Assembly (NCBI GenBank): GCA_963665275.2
Contig: CAXXIN010000005.1
Coordinates: 32,001 to 96,000, forward strand
Length of the DNA: 64,000 bases
Reading direction: 5' to 3'
DNA from: Negativicutes bacterium
GTDB taxonomy: Bacteria; Bacillota; Negativicutes; UBA1444
Of the stretch, positions 49,459 to 56,931 are shown piece by piece (position 1 is the first letter of the stretch; the number at the start of each line of letters is the position of its first letter). The notes beneath the pieces were generated by a model. It saw nothing but the letters and a program-made list of their open reading frames with translations, ran no database searches and had not been told where the DNA came from. Made by a program: the position numbers and the translations under genes.

Positions 49459-50373
49459 TTAATTTAAGCAGTCGTAAAGTTTGGCCTTGGCGAGGTGGCT
49501 GTTTACGGGTGCGTCTACTTTTTCAGCAACCAAGCTGACCACGTCAATCAGTTTCTCCCGTGATACGCCGGTAGCAATGTTCATGTCCCTTAGCATATTG
49601 ACCATATCTTCGGTGGCGGTGTTGCCGGCGGCGCCAGGTGCAAACGGACAGCCGCCCAGTCCGGCGATGGATGTTTCGAATGTTGTGATTCCGGCCATCA
49701 GTCCGGCAAGGGTGTTGGACAAGCCCATGCCGCGCGTATCGTGAAGATGGAGAGAAAAATCAACATCCGGAAATTGTTGGCGCATGTACGCGGACAGTGC
49801 GTGGACCCGATCCGGCGTTGCTACGCCGATCGTATCGGCGAGGACGATTTTTCGAACACCAAGTTGATGGATTTTGGCTGCCAAGGCGCCGACCGCTTCC
49901 GGTTGAATCCACCCTTCGAACGGACAGGCAAAAGCTGTGGCTAGGTCTACCCGCACCGACATTTCCGGCAGCGATTCGAGCATTTTTGCCAGATCGGCAA
50001 TGGATTCATCATGGGTGCGGTTGATGTTGGCCCGGTTGTGGGAGGCGGATACGGAGATAACACAGGCTACCTCCCGGATTCCGGCTTCCCATGCGGACTG
50101 CGCCCCCCTGAGGTTGGGAACGAGAGCGCTGCCGTTGATTTGGTTGCCATACTTGGCAAGGATCGTGCGGCAAACCTCTGCAGCATCGGCAAGCTGTGGA
50201 ATCGCTTTGGGCGAGACAAAGGAGGTGAGTTCGAAATTTTTGATTCCTGCAGCAATCAGGGCTTCAATCATAGCAATTTTATCGGTGGTAGGAATGAAGG
50301 TTTTCACGTTCTGGAACCCATCCCGAGGTCCCACTTCGTTTATTGTTACGTTGGACGGCAAATGTTTGAACAC
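49459..50373 (-). CDS. HMG-CoA lyase family enzyme (candidate (R)-citramalyl-CoA lyase)
   Basis: EVGPRDGFQN, FVSPKAIPQ, LADTIG, HLHDTRG and GLGGCPFAPGAAGN. Confidence 0.9.
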   Translation of the reverse strand: MFKHLPSNVTINEVGPRDGFQNVKTFIPTTDKIAMIEALIAAGIKNFELTSFVSPKAIPQLADAAEVCRTILAKYGNQINGSALVPNLRGAQSAWEAGIREVACVISVSASHNRANINRTHDESIADLAKMLESLPEMSVRVDLATAFACPFEGWIQPEAVGALAAKIHQLGVRKIVLADTIGVATPDRVHALSAYMRQQFPDVDFSLHLHDTRGMGLSNTLAGLMAGITTFETSIAGLGGCPFAPGAAGNTATEDMVNMLRDMNIATGVSREKLIDVVSLVAEKVDAPVNSHLAKAKLYDCLN

Positions 50374-50374
50374 C

Positions 50375-51571
50375 TTAAAGGACCCCCTCCTGCTTTAACG
50401 CATCAATTTCTTCTTTTGTCATGCCAAGCATCGAGGTAAGAATTTCTTCATTGTGCTCGCCTAGTCCGGGAGAAGGGGTGCGAATACTTGATTTTGTCTC
50501 GGAAAATTTGATGTGCGTGCCAGTGAGTTTGATGGGGCCAGCCTTAGGATGAACCGTATCGACGAACATTTCACGTGCGCCGCCAATGTGTGGATCAGCG
50601 ACAACTTGGTCGATGTTATAAATTGGAGCAGCGGGGATGCCAACGGCGAGAAGTTCCTCGACAATTTCTGATACAGTTTTGTTTTTTGTCCACTCTTCGA
50701 CGAGCTGCTTAACCACGACATGGTTTTTTACGCGATCCCGCGTCCGGGCATAGTCAGGATGATCCACCAGTTCCGGATGACCGATATGTTTGGCGAACAA
50801 AGCCCACAGCTTGTCGTTGCCACCGCCGATGATAACCAGGTCGTCTTTTGCCTGGAAGGAGTCATAAGGATAGACGGATTCGTATCGGTTGCCGATGCGT
50901 TGGGGCAAGCGGTTTTCAACCAGATAAATCATGTTTATTATTTCCAGACTGGCGACTGCTGAATCGACCAGCGCAACATCGACAACTTGGCCGCGGCCCG
51001 TATGAGATCGATTGTAAATCGCTGACAGGATGCCGATGGTGACGGATAAGCCTCCCAATACGTCGCCCATGGCGGTGCCGGAGCGGGTGGGGGCGCCGCC
51101 GGGCCAACCTGTCGTGCTCATGAGACCGCTCATTGCCTGGCTGATGATGTCATAGCCGGGGCGTTTGGTATAGGGACCGTATTGTCCAAAACCCGAAACT
51201 GCCGCATAAATGATCGCTGGGTTGATTTCGCTCAATACCTCATAGCCAAGACCAAGCTTGGTCATGGTGCCGGGGCGATAGTTTTCCAGGACTACGTCCG
51301 CTTTTTTTACAAGATCCTTGAAAATCTGTTTGCCTTTGGGCGACTTCAAGTTCAGGCTCATTCCCTTTTTGTTTCGGTTAAGATTCATGTAGTAAGCGCT
51401 TTCCCCATTAAGAAAAGGCCCCATTTGACGACAGTCGGCGCCTTTGCCGGATTCTTCAATCTTGATTACATTGGCCCCCATGTCTGCCATCATCATGCTT
51501 GAAAATGGTCCAGCCAAAACACGCGTCAAATCGAGGACCGTAATTCCCTCCAAGGCTCCCAGTCTTTGCAT
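50375..51571 (-). CDS. Class III CoA-transferase (CaiB/BaiF)
   Basis: LDLTRVLAGP, NRNKK, ENYRPG, GFGQYGP..RPGYD and catalytic MGD. Confidence 0.93.
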   Translation of the reverse strand: MQRLGALEGITVLDLTRVLAGPFSSMMMADMGANVIKIEESGKGADCRQMGPFLNGESAYYMNLNRNKKGMSLNLKSPKGKQIFKDLVKKADVVLENYRPGTMTKLGLGYEVLSEINPAIIYAAVSGFGQYGPYTKRPGYDIISQAMSGLMSTTGWPGGAPTRSGTAMGDVLGGLSVTIGILSAIYNRSHTGRGQVVDVALVDSAVASLEIINMIYLVENRLPQRIGNRYESVYPYDSFQAKDDLVIIGGGNDKLWALFAKHIGHPELVDHPDYARTRDRVKNHVVVKQLVEEWTKNKTVSEIVEELLAVGIPAAPIYNIDQVVADPHIGGAREMFVDTVHPKAGPIKLTGTHIKFSETKSSIRTPSPGLGEHNEEILTSMLGMTKEEIDALKQEGVL

Positions 51572-51616
51572 TTGAATTCCCCCCTGTTTTATATTTTCGC
51601 TTATTATTTTGAATTA

Positions 51617-51633
51617 TGCAATTTTTATGCCAA
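51617..51633 (-). promoter_or_regulatory. sigma54 (-24/-12) promoter
   Basis: TTGGCAT-AAAAA-TTGCA on the minus strand, 45 bp upstream of the CoA-transferase start. Confidence 0.85.
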
Positions 51634-51735
51634 GCGGTTTATTTGAAAAAAGCTTGGCGATTGAAGCTGGAATGATTACAATCAATATAGGGTGTGGGAG
51701 CCATAACGTCAAATGGCGTCGGGAGGAAGCAAAAA

Positions 51736-53625
51736 GTGAGCAGAATCGTGATGATCTCCCCGTTCAAGGATTTGGAGGAAGCGGCACGCCAAGTCGCCGA
51801 AGAATTGAACATTTCGTTAGAAATCTATAAAGGCGGCATGGATGCAGCCAGTGAAGCCATCGACCGTCTAGCGGGACCGGAAGTGGATGTTTTCATTAGC
51901 AGGGGCGGCACCTCGGACTATATAGCCCGTCATTATAGCGCGCCCGTTGTGAACATCAATACCGGTTTGTATGACATTATGGAATCCTGTGAGGAAGCTC
52001 GGAAAATTTCACGCAATATCGCTATCACGTCGTTTGCTAAGCCTTTCGTCGGTATGAGGCTGCTGGAAAAAGCTATGGATATCGCTATTACTGAACTGGT
52101 TTTCCGTAGCCAGAACGATCTTGAAAAACTCATTGCGGACCTATCCAACGAGGGCAATTATTGTGTGGTCGGTGGCGGGCAGACTGTGCCGGAGGCTCAG
52201 AAAAACGGGTTGCCGGCAGTGTTCCTGCGTGCAAGTCGTGATACAATTCGCGGAGCTTTGCTGCAGGCCGTGGAGGTGGCGCGACTGCGTCGGGAAGAAA
52301 AACGGCGGGCGTATCGTCTGAAAGCCATTCTGGATAGCGTGTATGATGGAATCATTGCTGTGGATGGGGAAGGGAAAGTGGAAATAATGAATCCGGCCGC
52401 CGAACGGATGCTGAATATCAAGGCGGCTCAATCCATAGGCCGGCAGGCGAATCTGGTGATTCCCAACAGCCGTTTAAATGAGGTTCTAAATACTGGCAAG
52501 GCGGAAATTGGAGAACTGCAAGATATGGGGAATATCCATATCGTTACTAATCGCGTTCCGATTAAGGATGAAACTGAAATTATGGGAGCGGTCGCGACTT
52601 TTCAGGATGCATCCCGGTTGATTCAGGTTGAACACCGGCTGCGTCGTGAGATGAGCAAAAACCGGTTTGTCGCAAAATATCGCCTGAACGATATTTTGGG
52701 AGAGTCGCCGCTGATTGTTGAAACCAAAGAGATGGCTGCCAAGTTCGCTTTGTCTGATCTTACCCTGTTGATTTATGGGCCTTCCGGCAGCGGCAAGGAG
52801 ATGTTTGCCCAGGGGATTCATTTGGCCGGAAAACGGAAGATGCATCCCTTTGTGGCAATCAATTGCGCAGCTTTACCGCCGACATTGCTGGAGAGCGAAT
52901 TGTTCGGCTATGATGAGGGGGCTTTTACCGGCGCCAAACGCAAGGGAAAGCTGGGGCTTTTTGAACTGGGGCATGGAGGGACGGTCTTTTTGGATGAAAT
53001 CGACTCCTTGCCCATTGAACTTCAGGGACGATTGCTGCGAATTTTGCAGGAAAAAGAAGTTCTCCGGGTTGGCGGTGACATGATCATTCCGGTCGATATC
53101 CGGGTCATCGCTGCTACCAATAAACTGCCGCATGAACTGGTTGCCGCAGGGAAACTGCGCGAAGACCTGTATTATCGTCTTAATGTTTTGTATCTGGAGA
53201 TTCCGAGTCTCAGGGATCGGATTCAGGACATACCCCTCTTGAGTCGGCACTTTTTGACTGCGCTGAAGGCGGAAAACGGACTGCTTGGAATCAAAGAGCT
53301 TATGCCGTTCTTGCTCCGCTACCGTTGGCCCGGCAACGTGCGGGAGTTATTGAATTTCTGCCAACGGTTGTCTTTTTATCAAGACGGCGTATTGCATGCC
53401 ACCGAGGCGGAAAAACTTCTCCGCAGAATAGCTCCCAATATGCTCTCGGCTGTGAAAATGCAGCTGGATGAAGAAGGTCTTAGCACTCGGGTGAACGCGT
53501 TCGAGGCTGGAATAATCCGGGAAACTTTGCAAAAAACCGGTAGCCTGCGCAAAGCTGCTGAAAAGTTGGGTATGCCGAAATCAACGTTGGCTCGCAAAAT
53601 AAAAAATAAAAACGAGAACGATTGA
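51736..53625 (+). CDS. sigma54-dependent activator, PrpR_N-PAS-AAA-HTH
   Basis: FISRGGT, GPSGSGKE, GAFTGA, FLDEID, WPGNVREL and HTH; GTG start after GGGAGGA. Confidence 0.93.
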   Translation: MSRIVMISPFKDLEEAARQVAEELNISLEIYKGGMDAASEAIDRLAGPEVDVFISRGGTSDYIARHYSAPVVNINTGLYDIMESCEEARKISRNIAITSFAKPFVGMRLLEKAMDIAITELVFRSQNDLEKLIADLSNEGNYCVVGGGQTVPEAQKNGLPAVFLRASRDTIRGALLQAVEVARLRREEKRRAYRLKAILDSVYDGIIAVDGEGKVEIMNPAAERMLNIKAAQSIGRQANLVIPNSRLNEVLNTGKAEIGELQDMGNIHIVTNRVPIKDETEIMGAVATFQDASRLIQVEHRLRREMSKNRFVAKYRLNDILGESPLIVETKEMAAKFALSDLTLLIYGPSGSGKEMFAQGIHLAGKRKMHPFVAINCAALPPTLLESELFGYDEGAFTGAKRKGKLGLFELGHGGTVFLDEIDSLPIELQGRLLRILQEKEVLRVGGDMIIPVDIRVIAATNKLPHELVAAGKLREDLYYRLNVLYLEIPSLRDRIQDIPLLSRHFLTALKAENGLLGIKELMPFLLRYRWPGNVRELLNFCQRLSFYQDGVLHATEAEKLLRRIAPNMLSAVKMQLDEEGLSTRVNAFEAGIIRETLQKTGSLRKAAEKLGMPKSTLARKIKNKNEND

Positions 53626-53633
53626 GGGCGTTC

Positions 53634-53672
53634 TGTCCCGAATGCGGGACAAAATGATTCGAATGTGGGACA
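53634..53672. promoter_or_regulatory. Tandem TGT-N12-ACA-type enhancer-like sites
   Basis: TGTCCCGAATGCGGGACA and TGATTCGAATGTGGGACA, 21 bp apart. Confidence 0.55.
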
Positions 53673-53682
53673 GGGCGAAAAT

Positions 53683-54693
53683 TCATTTCAGGTTGACAAT
53701 TTTGGTATAAAGGGCTTTTTGATCGGCATCGAATTTTGCCAGTACTGCGTCTTTTGACTTGGCGCGGAATGCCGCAACGTCAACATCGATAAACGTCATT
53801 TTGGTTTTTAGGTAGGCTTCCAGTGATTGCTCGTTCTTCAGGAAGATCGCATTTTCATAGAGCTGCATCTCCTTGGCGGCATCGAGAACAACTTTTTGAA
53901 GGTCGGTCGGAAGCGATTGGAGGCGTTTTTCGCCGATGCAGACATAGGCCCAGGAGCGGACGTGACTGGTTTTGTTCAGAAATTTCTGCACTTCAAACAA
54001 ATTGGCGGTTTTTATGAGGGAATAAGAGTTTTCACTAGCTTCAATGGCGCCTTGTTGAAGGCTGGTGAACACTTCGTAGAAAGCCACCGGAGCCGGATTG
54101 GCGCCAAGAGCCTGCCAGGTATCGACGAATAAAGGAAAATTGGCAACCCCGACTTTCAGACCTTTCAGGTCATCCGGGGTTATGATAGCCCGGTTGGACG
54201 TAAGATCGCGAGGGCCCCGCTCGAAATAAGCGATTGGATGAATCCGGACTTTTTCGATAACCTGGGCTTCGATTTCTTTGCCGATTTCGCCGGAGGCAAC
54301 TTTGCGGAGCTGAGCGGAGTCATCCAGCAAATACGGTGTCGCCATCAAAATGGTTTTGCTGGCCCCGAATGCGGCAAGGGTTTCGCCGAAGATGCCGAGG
54401 TCCGCTGTGCCGTTCTGAATACTGACGACCAAATCTTTTTCCCTACCAAGCTGTTCGTTGGGATATAATTTGACTACGAGGCGTCCGTGGGAATTCTTTT
54501 CGGCGATTTCTTTGAATTTTAACGCGGCAAGATGCCAGGTGCTTTTTTCGTCAGCAGGGTGTCCGAATTTCAGGGTGATTTTATCTGGCGCAGTGGGGAC
54601 TTCAACTTTCTTTTCTCCATTGCCGCAGCCTGTGGACGTCAGAAGTGCGAAACCCATTACAGCCACGCCTGCCAGCTTAAAAAATTGCTTCAT
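53683..54693 (-). CDS. dctP: Orphan TRAP DctP lipoprotein lacking the carboxylate-binding Arg
   Basis: Lipobox STGC; YPNEQLG, PDDLKGLKVGV (usually KIRV) and EVQKFL. Confidence 0.88.
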   Translation of the reverse strand: MKQFFKLAGVAVMGFALLTSTGCGNGEKKVEVPTAPDKITLKFGHPADEKSTWHLAALKFKEIAEKNSHGRLVVKLYPNEQLGREKDLVVSIQNGTADLGIFGETLAAFGASKTILMATPYLLDDSAQLRKVASGEIGKEIEAQVIEKVRIHPIAYFERGPRDLTSNRAIITPDDLKGLKVGVANFPLFVDTWQALGANPAPVAFYEVFTSLQQGAIEASENSYSLIKTANLFEVQKFLNKTSHVRSWAYVCIGEKRLQSLPTDLQKVVLDAAKEMQLYENAIFLKNEQSLEAYLKTKMTFIDVDVAAFRAKSKDAVLAKFDADQKALYTKIVNLK

Positions 54694-54732
54694 GCGTACA
54701 CGGTCCTTTCCTAAATTCATATAATTACAATT

Positions 54733-54759
54733 ATTCGATTTTGTTCCCTGGATTCCTGT
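54733..54759 (-). promoter_or_regulatory. sigmaH-like promoter (ACAGGA-N17-GAAT)
   Basis: Upstream of the orphan dctP. Confidence 0.55.
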
Positions 54760-54913
54760 AATCAATAGCTGAAATGGAAGGTTCTTTGGCGTAAAGGGTA
54801 AAGTGTTTGGCTGGAAAATGGCTTCCAAAGACAATTGAGGCCTTTTTATGAGGTATATAGTATAATAAAGAAATAAACGCACTTTTGCTCTCGAAAATTA
54901 TGAATAAGATGAT

Positions 54914-56104
54914 ATGGGAGAAACGATGAAAACTTCATTCGAACAACTGGGAGTCAAACCGGCATTGGTTATGGGACTTGCCAAGGCGGGCATCTCGATT
55001 CCGACGCAGATACAGGAGACTGTTATACCGGACGCCTTGAACGGGCTCGACGTCATCGGTCAGTCAGCAACCGGCACAGGGAAGACGCTGGCTTATTTGT
55101 TGCCGCTATTTCAGAAGGTAGATACCGCAAAACGCGAGATGCAGGCGATCATTCTGGCGCCGACGCATGAACTGGCGATGCAGATTTTTCGGCAGACCGA
55201 ACTATTGGCGCAAAATTCGGGCGAACCGGTAACTGCGGCGGTGATCATCGGGGAAGTGAACATCGTCAGGCAGATCGATAAACTCAAGGAAAAACCCCAC
55301 CTCATCATTGGCTCGGCTGGTCGAATCCTGGAACTGATCCAAAAACGCAAGATCAACTCACAGACGGTTAAAACCATCGTGATCGACGAAGCTGACCGAC
55401 TACTGGACGACAGCAACCGGGCGGCCGTAGCTTCTGTGATCAAGTCTACGCAAAAAGATCGGCAACTGATGCTGTTTTCGGCCACCATTACTCCGCCGGC
55501 AGTCGAGAAAGCGGCCGAATGGATGCAAGATCCGGTATTTTCGGCCGTGCAGGCTGATTCTGCCGTTCCACTCGAGATCGACCATGTTTTTATTATGGCA
55601 GATGCCCGAGACAAGATTGACACACTTCGCAAAATACTGGCCAGTCTCCAGACGAAACGGACGTTGGTTTTCGTCAACACCGCCAACTCCATAGCGGAAG
55701 TTGTCGCCAAGCTTTGCCATCATGGGGTGGCGGCAGTTGGAATTCACGGCAGCTCCATGAAGGGGGAACGGCAGGCGGCGATGGAAGATTTTCACACCGG
55801 TCGTGCACGGGTCATGGTGGCGTCCGATTTGGCAGCTCGCGGACTGGATATTCCCGGCGTGGAAAACGTGGTCAACCTCGACTTGCCGGAAGACCCGCAA
55901 TCTTACCTTCACCGGGCGGGACGGACTGGCCGGGCGGGAGAATTCGGCAGCGTCATCTCGGTCGTGGACCGGACGGAGGCCCGACATATTAACTTTCTAC
56001 AGAAATCACTGCAAATCCGGATTCCGGAAAAACTGCTTTCATATGGGAAACTCGTTGATCCGGCAAAGCCGGTTCGACGTGAGACCCTGAAAAAATCAAA
56101 ATAG
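54914..56104 (+). CDS. DEAD-box RNA helicase (YfmL-like)
   Basis: PTQIQ, TGTGKT, DEAD, SAT, ARGLD and HRAGRTGR. Confidence 0.94.
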   Translation: MGETMKTSFEQLGVKPALVMGLAKAGISIPTQIQETVIPDALNGLDVIGQSATGTGKTLAYLLPLFQKVDTAKREMQAIILAPTHELAMQIFRQTELLAQNSGEPVTAAVIIGEVNIVRQIDKLKEKPHLIIGSAGRILELIQKRKINSQTVKTIVIDEADRLLDDSNRAAVASVIKSTQKDRQLMLFSATITPPAVEKAAEWMQDPVFSAVQADSAVPLEIDHVFIMADARDKIDTLRKILASLQTKRTLVFVNTANSIAEVVAKLCHHGVAAVGIHGSSMKGERQAAMEDFHTGRARVMVASDLAARGLDIPGVENVVNLDLPEDPQSYLHRAGRTGRAGEFGSVISVVDRTEARHINFLQKSLQIRIPEKLLSYGKLVDPAKPVRRETLKKSK

Positions 56105-56117
56105 GGAAAAGGTAACG

Positions 56118-56162
56118 ACGAGGGTAGCTTTATACAATTGGTATAAACTTACCCTCGTTTTC
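56118..56162 (+). terminator. Intrinsic terminator
   Basis: ACGAGGGTA...TACCCTCGTTTTT. Confidence 0.7.
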
Positions 56163-56292
56163 GTATGTTAACTTTGAAACATCAGGATAATGAATGCACG
56201 TTGTGTTTCCGGTAAGATATAAATACCAATGGGGCGAAACTGATGCGATGGGCGAAACCATTACCGCTGTGAAGGCTTTCCGGAGGTGTGCG

Positions 56293-56931
56293 ATGAGCTC
56301 GAAAATAGTGCAGATGGTCCGCTATGGCAGTACGGGGGCTTTTTTGTTCGGCCTGGGGTTGTTGATATTTATTTGTGGTGGGGTTCAGTATCAAGTGTAT
56401 AGTGAACAACAGCGGGGGTATGCTGAAGCGGCCCAGCCGCTCCCACTGGCGAATGCGAAAACTGATTTTCCATATAAGCTTGATGAGGGTTGGATGGGTG
56501 CACAGACAAAGAAAAAAGAGCATCTGGCGTTGCAGGATCAGATGCTCTTGGACATGAAAAAAAAAGAATATCAGTTGCGGGTCGCAGAACACTTGCGAGA
56601 ATGGGGAACGAGCCGGGGGGTACGGCGGGGGCAACAGGTAACGCTGGAATCAACGGGATATACCTGCGGTCCGGAGTCCACCGGGAAATATCCGTCCGCG
56701 CCCGACTACTGTCAAACCGCGTCCGGGTATAGGTTGAGGCCTGGCGATAAAGTGGTTGCCATGGGGAAGAAATATCCGTTTGGCGCCGTGGTAATCATTC
56801 CGGGCTACGGGGTGGCTACGGTCAGAGATCGTGGCGGTGCGGTTAGTGACAGTCATATCGACCTTTATTTCGAGCGGGTGGAAGATGCATTGCGATGGGG
56901 GCGAAGAATGGTGAATGTAACGGTTCTCTAA
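56293..56931 (+). CDS. Membrane-anchored 3D-domain (MltA-like) protein
   Basis: STGY, TASG, IPGYG..VRDRGGA and HIDLYF..ALRWGRR; GGAGGTG RBS. Confidence 0.85.
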   Translation: MSSKIVQMVRYGSTGAFLFGLGLLIFICGGVQYQVYSEQQRGYAEAAQPLPLANAKTDFPYKLDEGWMGAQTKKKEHLALQDQMLLDMKKKEYQLRVAEHLREWGTSRGVRRGQQVTLESTGYTCGPESTGKYPSAPDYCQTASGYRLRPGDKVVAMGKKYPFGAVVIIPGYGVATVRDRGGAVSDSHIDLYFERVEDALRWGRRMVNVTVL

